This document shows positions 25,649 to 38,400 of a stretch of DNA of 64,000 nucleotides, piece after piece. The translations under genes were made by a program, and so were the position numbers. This DNA comes from Yuukianura sp. NJ FZ-2021 (Eukaryota). Location: assembly GCA_046563655.1 (NCBI GenBank), contig CM102289.1, positions 2,232,001 through 2,296,000 of the forward strand. The letters are read 5' to 3'. The notes under the pieces were generated by a model. It was not told the origin of the DNA. It ran no database searches and saw only the letters and a program-made list of their open reading frames with translations. The stretch's first letter is position 1, and every line of letters starts with the position of its first letter.

Positions 25649-27615
25649 ATGCAGTCAACACTGCATAAAATTCTCGTCGTAGGCGGTGGAGCTGGAGGAC
25701 TCGAATTAGCAACCCATTTAGGACGGAAGCTCGGATTCAAACGACTAGCTCGTCCAGTACTTCTAGATTCATCCAGCACTCACATTTGGAAACCACTGGT
25801 TTGTGATCTCATAGCTATGATCCTAGTAGTAGGAAACATTGAGCATATACCAAAGTAATGATGAAGATAAACGAGAAACGAATCGAGTGGATCAAAACGA
25901 ATTCTAGCGGATTCGTTTGGTGAAATTCGAGAGAGGAGTAACTTCCTGCCCATGCTTTCTACCGTTCGTTAGTCTAATGCAAATGTCGAACATAACTAAA
26001 CTAGTAACCTGTAACACTTTGACTAATTAAATGCAATGGGTATGAATTTATGTTTAACTGGGATCCTAGTTATGAAGTAATGTTTCTTGCCTTCTAGCTT
26101 CATGAAGTTGCGACAGGTAAGACAGACAGCTTTGAAGTTGATGTTAAAGTTACTTAATATAATGTGTTTTTCAGGTGCTCTTAATACCGGGGAAGATTCT
26201 TTGAATTATTTTGCGCATGGACACAAGAACGGTATGCATTCACCTAAACCTAGTGACTTAGAAGTGGAAGCAGCAGTTTATTTGAACTTTTGTTTTTAGG
26301 TTATGAGTTCCAGTTGGGACGGATGTATGGCTTAGACAGGGAGAAGAAGCAGATAAAAGTAGCTGCAATCCTTGGTGACGAAGGAGAAGTCATCATAAAA
26401 GAACGTGCCATCAACTATGATTCGTTGGTGTTAGCTGTTGGGGCAGTCACAAATGACTTCGGTGTTCCCGGGGTAAACAATTGCCTGTTTCTGAATACCC
26501 CAGAAGATGCAGAGTTCCTACGGAAAAAAATCCTCCTTCGTGCTTTTCAAGTTGTCACCGGTAACTCGGCTACACCACGATTACGAATAGGAATTGTAGG
26601 AGCAGGAGCAACTGTAAGAAAATCGCTCTAATTTTTTATGTTTCGGCGATATTTTTTATATTGACGTTTTGGTATTCTTCCTTTTTGAGGGTGTTGAACT
26701 AGCTGCAGAAATTCACCATACCGTCACAGAACTACGAAACTACGGCGCAAATTTGTTTCCAGATCAACTCCAAATTGTTATAATGGAAAGTGGCAAACGT
26801 ATTCTTAGTGGTGGTCCAGAATCTTTGTCCAAGTTTGCAACGGATGAATTACTTGCAAGAGGAATAGAAATCCGAACGGAATGTCCGATTCGTGCAATCA
26901 AGAAGGAAGGCTTTGTCCTTGGCGGTGATAAATTGTTGCCTCTGGATATAATGGTTTGGACTGCTGGAATCAAATGCCCTGATTGGCTCTCCAAGATTGG
27001 ACTATCAGTGAATAACCTCAATCAAATCAAAGTCAACGAACATTTGCAGACTCTAGAGGATCCAAATATTTTGGCGCTTGGTGACTGTTCATACTGTCCA
27101 GATATTACAAATCCTGGGAAGTATTTGAGTTCCACAGCTCAGGTAATTGCAAAAAACTAAAAATATTACAAACATCTTACTAAGTTATGATCGAAACCTA
27201 ATCGCTGAATTTTTGATATTTTTTTCCCAAGGTGGCTCACCAACAAGCGGAATGGTTAGCAAAAAAGCTCCAAGCTCGTCTGAGAAACTCTGCAGTGGAA
27301 CCATTCAAGTTTGAACCCAAAGGAATGCTGGTGTCTCTAGGTGAATCCAGCGCAGTAGGAAGCTTGGCGGCGATAGTTGGACCCAAAAGGAACTATCACG
27401 GTTAGATTTTCAATTGAACAATAAAATGGAAATACTCGCCAATATTTTGAATTGATCATTTGAATATTCCAGTTGAGGGTCGAGGCGCCAAGTTACTATA
27501 CTCGTCATTGTATCGAATGCATCAAGCTGTTCTTTACGGCTGGACGACAGCGGCTATTCTGTGGATGGGTGATAAGCTCAGACGAGTTGCCCTGCCACAA
27601 CTAAAATTGCACTAG
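25649..27615 (+). CDS. ndh: Type II NADH:quinone oxidoreductase, proteobacterial Ndh type; exons 25649-25798, 26098-26116, 26175-26231, 26300-26613, 26690-27142, 27232-27400, 27473-27615; 434 aa
   Basis: KILVVGGGAGGLELATHLGRKLG, HIWKPLLHEVATG, NDFGVPGV, IVGAGATGVELAAE, WTAGI, ALGDC, AQVAHQQA, SLYRMHQ, and C-terminal PQLKLH. Collinear with E. coli Ndh as recalled. Six GT-AG introns; exons sum to 1305 nt. Confidence 0.93.
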
Positions 27616-27747
27616 CAATTCAATTAACAACATTTTCCATGGTATGAAGAAACCGGTGATTAGTATTGCTAAATTAAACGAACAGTTCAACCTTGCCACC
27701 TTAATTTCCGAAAATGTTCGTACTATTTTATTTTTTTAATGTGACTA

Positions 27748-30474
27748 CTACGTTTTCTTTCCTCTGTTTCGTGGCTTCTTCTTAGTAGGTTTCTCCGTCT
27801 TCTTATCATTTTGTGCTGTATTTTCTGCGCTCACTGTGCCGTTTAAGTCATCGTTACCGTCGCCAAGGTTTTTGTCGTCACTGACATCACTCTTGTCCTT
27901 CGGTTCATTTGAAACTTCCGGGGATTGGCGATCGTCCTGAGTTCGGTTAAGTTCGTTGAGTGCGTCATGGTTTTGAGGTAATATTTTATTCGCTTCAGCG
28001 TTTTCTTCAACTTTCTCTTCTGGCGTTTCCTCTACTTCAGTTACTTTTTGCGTTTCCTCAGTTTCATTTGCTCCTGGGGTTTCTTCCGCTTCATTCACAT
28101 GTGGCATTTTCTCTACTTCTGGCGTTTCCTTAACTTCTTCTGCTTCTGCCGTTTCCTCAGTTTCTTTGATTTCTGGCGTTTCTTCCATCTCATTCACTGC
28201 TGGAGTAGCATTAACATCCTCTACTTCTATCGATTCCTCAGCTTCTACTTCTGTCGTTTCTTCAGCTTCTTTGATTTCCGGCGGTTCTTCCTCGTCATAC
28301 ACTTTTGGCGTTTCTGGCGTTTCCGCAGCTTCTCCTACTTCTGTCGTTTCCCCAATTTCCTTTGCTTGTGGCGTTTTCTCATCTTCCTTTACTTGTGGCG
28401 TTTCTTCCGTTTCATTCACTTCTGGCGTTTCCTCAGCTTGTACTTCTGGCGTTTCCTCAGCTTCTACTACTAGAGGAGTTTGCTCAATTTCCTTTGCTTC
28501 TGGCGTTTCCTCGGCTTCCTTTACTTCTGGCGTTTCTTCCACTTCATTCACTGCTGGAGTTGCCTTTACTTCCGCTACTTCTGTCGTTTCAGGTTCTTGT
28601 ACTTGTGGCGTTTCCTCCACTTCATTCACTTCTGGCGTTTCCTCAGCTTCTACTTCTGGCGTTTCCTCAGCTTCTACTACTAGTGGAGTTTGCTCGATTT
28701 CCTTTGCTTCTGGCGTTTCCTCGGCTTCTTTTGCGACTGGCGTTTCTTCAACTTCTTTTACTTCGGGAGTTGCTTGGACCTCGCTTACAACTTGAGCTGT
28801 CTTGGCCTCATTTTCGGGCGTTGTTTCGGTGTTGTCCGACATTTCAGAAACTTCGTGAGTCGGTTCAGCTTCCGATTCCTTCAACTCTTCTACCTCTGCG
28901 CAAGAATCCACATCTCCTCCTGCAGTTTCACTGCTCTGATTTGTTGCAGGAGCGTCATCCTCGTCGTTCGCTTTTTCCTCAACATCATCTTGCTTAGGTT
29001 CTGTTGAATCTTCACTAGTGTCATTCACTTCTTGTTTGGCATCACCTACTTCTACGCTCAGTAAACTTACTGCCAACGGTTGCGCAATGGCTTCATTGTC
29101 TCCGGAGGCAATCTCATTTTCAGCATTTTGTGAAGTGCATCCCTCGCTGGATACGACATTTCCCTCAGGCAGATCTCCATCTACTACGCCCTCTACTGGC
29201 GTTTCTGTTTCAAATCCTTTGGTTCCCACCAAAATTTTGAGTCGAGTGTCAACTGTGTCAGTGAAATAAGGTCCCTCCAAAGTGATCTAACAAAAATTTT
29301 CATAGATTAAAATTTTTGAAATTCAAAATTTTTTGGAATTCTAAATTTATAGCTTACCGCTAAATAGTAGTCAAGATCAATTATTCTGCAACCTCCCAAG
29401 CTAGTTGGAGGTACTCCGTCGGGAATCGCAAGTTCTGCGTCCATGTTTCGCGAATCGCTGGGCTCTATTCCATCTAAAGTAACCGTCTCAAGTACATTCG
29501 TTTCGATGCTCTTCAGAACTTGACTGGGAAGGTTCACAATGAATCCCACTTCCTTTAAAAAAATGAATTTTTTTTTTGAATTTCCAAAATTTTTGAAAAA
29601 ATTTCACAAGTTAAACAAAAAATGGATACCTGTACTAGGCTGACTTTGATTTGCTTTATAGATTTTTCACTTTCGTTTGAAACTGTTAGTGAAAACGGAA
29701 CAGCCTCTCCCACTGTATATCCAACCCGCGAAAGTTTCAATTCAACTCCAAAAGGTGAATCCCAAAACTGTCTTAATGCAACAAATTTAAAATCTCCCAT
29801 GCTACTTCTGTCTACTCGAACTTCTTGGTTGAATCGTTGCCCCCAGTCATTCAAATCCTCTCCTCCTTCAACTTTAAACGCAGTTTTAAATGTTTTCATC
29901 ATAGACCATGGGCGCTTGATTTCAATTTTCACAAAGTACTCCACTCCACCGTACAATCCAGAAAACGAACTCGGAATTTTTTTAGGAAGTGCTTGACTGA
30001 ACGGAATTGACCGGTCAGGTTCAACAAATTCCTCTGAAGAATTTTTGAAAAAAAAAATTTGTTTGCTTTTTGGTTGAAAAATTTCAAATTGACAAAATTG
30101 CAGAATCCGAGTTGTTTACCGGTGGTTATAAGACTTATTTGTTCATTGAAGTACGACTCGGTTTCGGAACGGTACAAAGATTTCCGGTACTTTGGTGTTG
30201 GATTGTCTGTCCATTGTGTACGACATCTTCCTACCCAGGTTAACTTGACGTCTGAAAAAATTTGAAAATTTAAGTAAAAATTTGAACTTAAAACTTACTT
30301 TTTGAACTTATAAAATGTTTTTAAGTGTAAAAGTCAAAATTTATGGCGTCATTCAATGGAAAACTCACTGGACACTTTTGTTGGCGTTTTGAAGTGAAAC
30401 AGAACCGAACCAGATACGGTTTCGCCAGGATGAAAACTCGGTTGATCGAAAAGTATTTCAACAGGAGCCGACAT
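27748..30474 (-). CDS. Alpha-arrestin (ARRDC-like) with long Glu/Thr/Pro repeat tail; exons 30474-30369, 30251-30120, 30033-29630, 29552-29358, 29286-27748; 791 aa
   Basis: FHPGETVSGSV, IPSSFSGLYGGVEYFVKIEIKRPW, GYTVGEAVPFSLTVSNES, IPDGVPPTSLGGCRIIDLDYYL. Exons sum to 2376 nt. Confidence 0.85.
28000..28790 (-). repeat. Coding tandem repeats (EETPEV-type units) with a higher-order ~210 bp duplication
   Basis: Recurrent TTCTGGCGTTTC. The block EIEQTPLVVEAEETPEV occurs twice, 210 bp apart. Confidence 0.9.
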
Positions 30475-30918
30475 AGTTTAAAGAGTTTCCGAAAAAAGAA
30501 CAAAATTTTGTAAGAAATTTTTCGGTTTTTTACTTTTTTTTTTACGTAAAAAGTAAAATTTTTGTCGTTGCTCTACTTTTGTAAAATTAGAGAAACGCAG
30601 AATCTTTTTCTTAAAGTACAGCCAACTGATAATATGCGTTGCTGCTAATGAGTGAATACTACAATCTAATCATAGTTCACATGTTGTCTGGAACAGGCTG
30701 ATCTATGACCTCCTCCTCCAAGGTCACTTGGAAATTAGTCCCACTTATATTTTTGCAAAAGATGAGCCATAGCGTCATATTAAAGCCAACTCATACTAGA
30801 AGAGATTCTACACTTCTCCACACATTCATCAAAAAGATCTGTTTGGATTATTATGGTGATTTGCTTCTGCACTGCAAAAACTGAGTCAGCACTTGTCCAA
30901 TGCTAGACAAACTACTTA

Positions 30919-31778
30919 CCGTAAATGCTCTAACGCAAGCGCGTATTCTAATAGAAGCGCATACTCTAATACAAGCGCGGTTTCAGAGGCGGCAAACTGC
31001 GATATAAGCGCGGTAGCCAACTTGAGTTTATAACAGAACCTACAGCAAACAGACATCATCTGTTGGAATTAATATCTTTACTAATTTGACTCAAATCAAA
31101 CTGTAGCGGTTACATGCCGTTTCCTTTTGAAAATGGTGGAACAAAAAATACGACCGTTCGAATTCAGTCGTAATGTTACAAGTCGTTTAGTACGCGACTA
31201 CTATTACCGCCGCTAGTACCGCGGCTCACTTCGGACACAAGTTTTTAGTTGTCTGAATCAAAAAGATAAACCTGGCAACAACTTAACTAACTTTAAGGTT
31301 ATGTGGAATGAATTTTATTTCATTGTGAAATGGAATTTCAAATGACCAAATCAAAAGTCGTTCCAACTCTTCGTGACAAATCTACATACTGAGGGAACGT
31401 AGATGAAAAGATTAACTTCATCTTAAAAACAGTATTGCTAGATATCCTCTTTAATGTTTCGTCCAGTGGATATCCACTGGATAATTGAATATATTTCTTC
31501 CGGTTTCATCCGGAAGAAATGGATAGAATTGGATAGTACTTCCACCTAATTTGTTGTAGGTGGAAGAAATATTTTATCCATACGACCACACTGCTTCAAA
31601 GCTTTGAAAAAAGCAACAGTGACACAAACTTAATTATTAATTAACCCAAAGTATTAAATTAAATTTATCCTCACTTAAACTTGTTCATTATTCCGGTAAT
31701 AAATAGTATTCCAATAGAAGCGCGCCCGAAAGGCCAAGAATTCTTATAAGCGGCGCGCTTATATTAGAGCATTTACGG
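30919..31778. mobile_element. Non-autonomous Tc1/mariner-pogo-type element, 860 bp
   Basis: TA|CCGTAAATGCTCTAA...TTAGAGCATTTACGG|TA, with subterminal TAATA(C/G)AAGCGC repeats. Confidence 0.85.
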
Positions 31779-32633
31779 TAAGTCAAACCGCTAATATTGC
31801 AGATAAGGGTTAATTCTTGGGGAAAAAAAAGTTTTGTTTGAAAAAATCATAGAGTTTTTAAAGCGATTTTCGATTTTTTTTCTTTTAACGAAAAGTACGT
31901 TAACGTTAACGTTTTAACGTTAAAAGAAAAAAGTCGAAAACCCCCTTGACAATCTATAGAAAAAATGATTTGCTTCCTTCGAAACAAATGAAAAAAAAAT
32001 TAAAAAAAAATTTGCAAAAAACTAATAAGAAAAGTGTTTTAATTCTATTGTATATTCTATCTTCATTTCAAATAATTCGAATAGGACCCTCATATTACAC
32101 TTTTTTATGGTTTAACCGTTTTAAACATGCGATTAATAAAACATTATTCTAAAACCTTGTTTAATATTATTTCAAAAATAAAAGTTAATATTTAATTTTT
32201 GACTCTTCGTCATGTTTCTATTTCATGATTGCTGTCTTAAAACTTTCACAATGGTGAAATATACTTTTAAGAAAAATTTCGCCTTTACGTCACTTCATAA
32301 AGAATGTGGGGCCACAGATACAATTTAGGTTTACGTCGACCGCATTTTCGGGATTGAATTTAATTCTGTTCATCTGTCATCTCTGAGGTTTAGGTGGGCC
32401 AGTCTGGAACTTTTTTTTTTATTGCTGATTGAGTATAGTTCTTGAATACCGATTAAATTAAATTTACAAATTAGTGGCGCATTGAGTATATCATTGGATT
32501 CTTGATTAAATCCAGCAGGTAAGTTTTACAACTGCAGCAACTCTTCAACAATGTTGAACAGCTGAATCGTTAAATCAAAATAATCAATTGGTCAAAATTA
32601 TAAATTAATAATTGTAATCTTGGCGACAGGACA

Positions 32634-34370
32634 ATGTCCACTGCAACATCACCGAGGACTATGCCTGCTCCTGTCCGGCAATCGTTGACAATTGATGAGA
32701 GGAATAAAGATACGGACACCGACGACGATCAAGAAGACGATTTATATGGAGACCTCGAGAGCAATATCTTCGATCGTGTGTCACAGCAAAACAACACGGT
32801 ACTTCAATTATGCATTACTTACCAGTCTTTTCTTCCTTTGGCAGTGTTTTTCATTTATGCTTTTGTTTGTAGCAGCAAGTTCCTACGGCGAACTCGATTG
32901 AATTAGAAACGTTACTCGCCAGTGCTTACGAAGAGAATCACAGATTAAAGTTAAAACTGAAAGTGAGACATACGAGTGAATTCAGTAAAGCTAGACCTTT
33001 GATGGCAATTTTTTAATTTTAGTCCTCTTCATTCTCAGGAACTGTCAAAAACGCATGCCATTGTTTTGAAAAACGCGTCTTCACTACATGAGACAGCCAA
33101 GTTACAACTTTCGCAAAAGAATCAAGTTGTGAAGTCGCTCCAGAAAAAGTAATCACCCCAGTCAATTCAGAAATTCAAGAATATACAGGATGAATTTTAA
33201 CTTTTGGTTTTCCTCTAAGACTGCTAGAGCTTCGGACAAAAGATGTAGCAGTTGAGCGACAAGAATGGAAAGAAATTGATGAATTGATAATGGCCTGTTT
33301 GTCATCCATTCCTACTTACTCTTTCCAGCAGCTTTGTCAGCAAGCTATGAACGGAATACAACATGGACATGGAGAAAGGGAAACCAGGACAAACAATTGG
33401 ACAAAAAAATTCAACTACGAAAATGTATCTTACTACTTTTACTCACACCACCAGAAGGCTGTCCACACTGAGCCCATCATGGACATCCAGTACGTTGATC
33501 CTGTTCCCTTGGTCGGGGAGGCAAAGCAAACCGGGTTACATCGAACCGAACAAAGTACGAAGAAATCCTGTGTAGACCCGTTACCGACATTAACTGGAAC
33601 CCCAACTTCTACCAATGCATCCAACAGTTCTATTCCGACACTCGATTCAACCGAATTAACAAAAGTGAAACAGAATGGTCAAGCACTGTAAGAAGTGTTT
33701 CGTCATTCTCTCATTGAATTTGCAGTTTTTAAATGCAATTTCTTCCATTAGGGATCCAGTTGAACGGAAGCAGATTGAGGAGACTCGGAGTGACAAAACA
33801 AGTTGGAAAATTAAGGAGAATTCAAGCTCCGGTGAATTAACACCGTCACCGGAACCTCCTGCTAATAATCTCGAAGATCTTAACAACACAAAAGAGAAAG
33901 AAGATCGTTCAATTACTGGAAAACCGATTCGGCGACGACGCAGCGTTGACAGAGATCGAGACAGGGACGGCCCTGGAAGAAGGCTAAGGTGAGAAAAGTT
34001 GTTTAAGTTTTGAGTCTGTTTAAGTTTTGGAGAACTGGAGTTTTATGTCTTATTAACGAATATGTGTAGCAGAGACATGAGACCGAAAGATCAAGAGTGG
34101 CTTAGTCCAGCAGATTCGTCACGATCGAGATCTGGTCGATCCAGCGAAGGTTATGACTACGATGACCCCGAACGTGACCGAGACTCCAGAAAACTGTCGG
34201 CATCAGGCAGGTCGAAAAAGCCTTACTCTCTAGAGATTAGGAGAGAACGTGGCAGAAGTGATAGGAAAAGTGATCGGGACCACAAGAATGACAAAGTATG
34301 GGACCGAGTTCGGAATAGTAAGGTGAATGGAGATGCTAGACATCGCTCTAGAGATAGAGACCGAAGATAA
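32634..34370 (+). CDS. Multi-exon protein with FLASH/CASP8AP2-like N-terminal motif and coiled coil, and an Arg/Asp/Ser-rich C-terminus
   Basis: Spliced reading DDLYGDLE...LETLLASAYEENHRLKLKLK-ELSKTHAIVLKNASSLHETAKLQLSQKNQVVKSLQKKL. Terminal exons are RDRDRD and RSRS rich. About 6 exons; the 3' junctions are less certain. Confidence 0.6.
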
Positions 34371-35488
34371 CACCGTATGTTTACTTCTTTTAGCTTTTAC
34401 ATTACCCATGAGATGACCGATGAAAAGTTTTGTAATTTATTTTTTACTCGAATCGGTTTTAGTCGGGAAACTTATTGTTAATGTGAACGCAATACAGTTT
34501 CTATCATGAATCTCACAACAATATGGAATGTTTGTACATAATTCCTAACACTAAAGAAAAACTGGAAACTACTCATGAATTTTTGAAACAGGGTCAAGCA
34601 CATATTGGCGTTCGTTGCAACCGCATTTACAAAATTGATGTTTTCGACCACATCTTGCTGCTTATTCTAAACACCTCGGTTAATCATTCGCAATAGTTTT
34701 ATGTCAAAATGGATTGAAAACACAAAAAAGTCGTTCGAAACCACTTCTTCCGTGTTTAAGTCCCGCCATAAATATCGTAAGTATGTCCGCTAGTCACAAT
34801 AACTCAGGAATCGCTGAAACTGTTGTTGATATTATTTTGTAACTTGAAATTTGATTTTTAATTTCGCGTAATTTCTTAATTTCTTCCATCCAGTAACAGT
34901 TTCATCCATTTCGGGTACATTTCTTTCAGTGGAAGTTGGCAATTAAGCCACTGGACGTTTAAGTGTCCAGCAACACTGCTTTGACGACTTCAGGTCTAAA
35001 ATTCCTACTGTTCCTAGGCATGAAGTAACCTCTAACAATATCAGTTATTGCCAATATTTTGCACGTGGATTCTCCATAATTGATCTGAGGAATACTTATA
35101 TCGTTTTGTGAAGACGGTTACTAATTAACATTTTAGTGAGAGAAGTCTCGCTTTTTTTCAACAACTTTAGAAAAAAAAACGGATATTACAAATGAATTTT
35201 TGAAACAGGCCAACCCTATCTATCCTATTGCTCTTCTTTGTAATTGCTTCTATAAAATTTATGTCTTTCGAAATTTCCGGCCTATTCTAATGACCTCGGT
35301 TAATCATTAGCAATTTTCAAAAGTCAAAATGGATTGAAAGTCCAAAGAAGTTTTTTGAAATCGATCTTCGTTCGACAAAAGTCCTTTCTTTCAGGTCTCC
35401 GGCCATTTGAGAAAAGTAAGTTCGGTACTTTCAGCATCTCTAATTAAAATTTTTCGTAAATTTCATCTACAACTTCCTACTGTTTGAA

Positions 35489-38400
35489 ATGGAGCAAAAT
35501 AAAACAACTCATACAAACCCTGCAGTTGTGCTTCTTTTGACATCAATTAATAATGCTTACAACTTTTATCAAATTCCTGTCGGGTGGGATCCGTTGCAAA
35601 ATCGATTCGTTTTGTCCACATCTAAATCCTGGAGTAAAACTACCGCAGCTCTGCTAGGTATTGATGTGTTAACTATGGCGATGGGTATGAGCTTGGCATA
35701 TTTGAACAGTGTTTTCTCAATTTCAAGCACTATCTTCACCGTACTGATGTTCGGCGCCTCTTGTTTTAGTGTCCACAGTATTTCACTTGACATAAGTTCC
35801 TGTATATTCGGAAGATACTATATGTTGCAAATGCTAAATACAGCTATGTCTTTTCTAAGTGGTGAGAAGCTATGCTCCGTTTCAAAAATATATGCCACCT
35901 GTGTATTTCTCTGGTCCCCAGCTCCCAACGCCTCCCCCTCTAACTTTCACCAAATTTTGAACCAGGTTGGCGCGAAATATGTTGGTTTGTTTACATTTTT
36001 TCAAAACTTTGCTTACAGCTGATTCTCTTCAACTACACTTTTAAAAAGTTAACACTTTTAGTTTCGATTTCGTTAAGTTTTAATCTTTTTAAATCCAATT
36101 GCGAAAGACTAGTAGTTAGCAGTGGTGAGAAAAGTGTAGTGATGAGTGTATTAACACCGCCAAATCCTCCTCCAATACGTAAGATCAAGTCTCCAAACAT
36201 TAAATTGGCAGAGACTAAGTACATCCAAAACATCCATGAGTACTTGAAGTCTGTAAGAGAGAACACTGGCAAAGAAAATATTCCACTTGGATTCGTTACT
36301 CCAGGAAAAAAAAACGTAAGTAATACGTTGGATGTAAAACCAAATCCAATACTTCAATTCTGAATACGTCATATTTCGAAATTGAGTATGAATGTAAGAA
36401 ATCAATCCCTGTAATTTCAGATTCCTGAAATCATAGGGGAAATGGTCGGGATTTCCCAAAGAGCTGTGAGGAATCATTTAAAAAAAACAGATTTGGAACC
36501 AAGGAAACATAGAGGAAAGAAGACGAAGCAAGACGACATAGAAGATTTTGAAAAATGTGCCATACGCGATTTGATTTACACTAATGTTCATGAGGGTTAG
36601 GACAAGAAAATCACTTTTTACCTATACAATTCAAAAAATGGTTAAAAAAATTCTAATCTTCTGGTCAAGGTAAACCGAGATATTTTGCCAAACAACCCTA
36701 TTTCTCGCACTACGTTGTGGCGCGTTGTGCGTGAAATCGGTTTCAAATTCAAAAAATGTGAGGACAATCGTATTCGCTTAATGGAATCGAAAAGTGTGGT
36801 TAATCAGCGGATCCACTACCTCAAGTAATTCGTATTTCGTTAATACATTCAAAGAATTATGGAATAACTCAAATATTTTGAAGACTATTTACTCAAAATA
36901 TATATTAACAGACAGAAGAAACAATTTGAAGATGCTGGGGCTGAATTCGTGTTTCTGGATGAGACATGGATAAATAAGAATATACGTCCATCCCGGTCAT
37001 GGACTGATGATACGAAAAAATCGTTGCTTAACGTTAAACTTGAGAAAGGCCACCGCTTAATTGTAACGCATGCTGGAGGAGAAGAGGGATTTGTGGATGG
37101 CGCTGTTGATGTGTTTTTGTCAAACAGTGGCAAAGCTGACTATCATATTACAGAATAAATATTCATATTACATATCAGAATATTAAACAAGTTTTTTGGT
37201 AATTTTCGTGATGTTTTGCTTATTGTCACTACATTTCTACCCGACGCATGGTTTTACTTCCAAGTTGAGACAACTCACGTTCGAGAGAAAGTGAAAGCGT
37301 TGGGGGAATCCGTCAAGAGGAGAAGGCATATAGTTTTGAAACCAAGCATAGGTAAGTACGCTTTATCGTAACTACAAGGGACTATATTTACTAATGTATT
37401 TATTTTTATATACAAACATGGTGGTGTATTGTTTAAATTGAATTATTATATTTATATTAAATTATGAATCAATAATGTAAAAACGCTCAAAACGGTATGG
37501 CACAAACACCGTAAGAAAGTGTTGTAGGTGTGATCCGGCTGTGTTATACACTTCTTAGGATTGAACTGTAAGGTCTTGTGACAAAATTTTTAACTTCAAC
37601 GTGGTACAATGTGATACAGGTTTGAAAAGGCCCAAGGTTGCTATAGCGCCCATTTCTACAAATTTCTACAAGAGGTTTTGCCATAACTACGGTTTCAAAG
37701 AAATTGTTTGTTTTGAATTTTTTCTGCGATTCGTTGACCTCTCGCCATGTGAATCAAGTGGGATTCGTATGAAATTCGTACCAAAGTTGTTTTTTCTTGT
37801 TCTTTTTTTAAATCGGAGTTATGACATACCCTCTTACGCCATTTGTATAAATGGTTGCTATAGCAACCTTGAAAAGGCCTGAATCCCCTGATTCAGAAAC
37901 TGTATACATATGCTGCCATTTCCGACTTTTGGTTCAAAATATTTGGTGGAAACTACAAGGTATCGTCGCTTGGCATGTAATAACTTTTGAACTAAATGCC
38001 AGCAATAGCCAGAAATACATATAATTTCTAAATCGGAGGATCATGGGCTATTCAATGCTTATCATTTGCATGGGGTCGCCATAGGTCAATGTGATGACCT
38101 TTGACATCAAATTCGTCGTGTACTTGTTGTCACACTAAGTTGAAAATTTAGTCAGATGACATACCAATCCTAATAACTGATACGAAAAATTCAAATCGCA
38201 CCGACAATAGTTTCTTACGAGATTTGTTCCATGCCCTTTTTGGTTTTAGGAGGATGTCTGCGCGTATCAGATTCAGCATTCAGCTTGCGTATTATGAAAC
38301 TGTTTCATTACGGAATATACTATGGTGGACCAATATTTACAACAATTACTATTGCTCTCTTTTTCCATGACGTTGAACGAATTATCGTGAACACTCTGGA

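Noticed and set aside
25649..27615. ndh as bacterial contamination or an endosymbiont insert
   Set aside because: It has six frame-preserving GT-AG introns, host-like composition and no neighbouring bacterial genes.
28048..29269. Several plus-strand ORFs (FWRF-, SGVSS- and LLLAFP-rich)
   Set aside because: They are antisense shadows of the repetitive arrestin exon.
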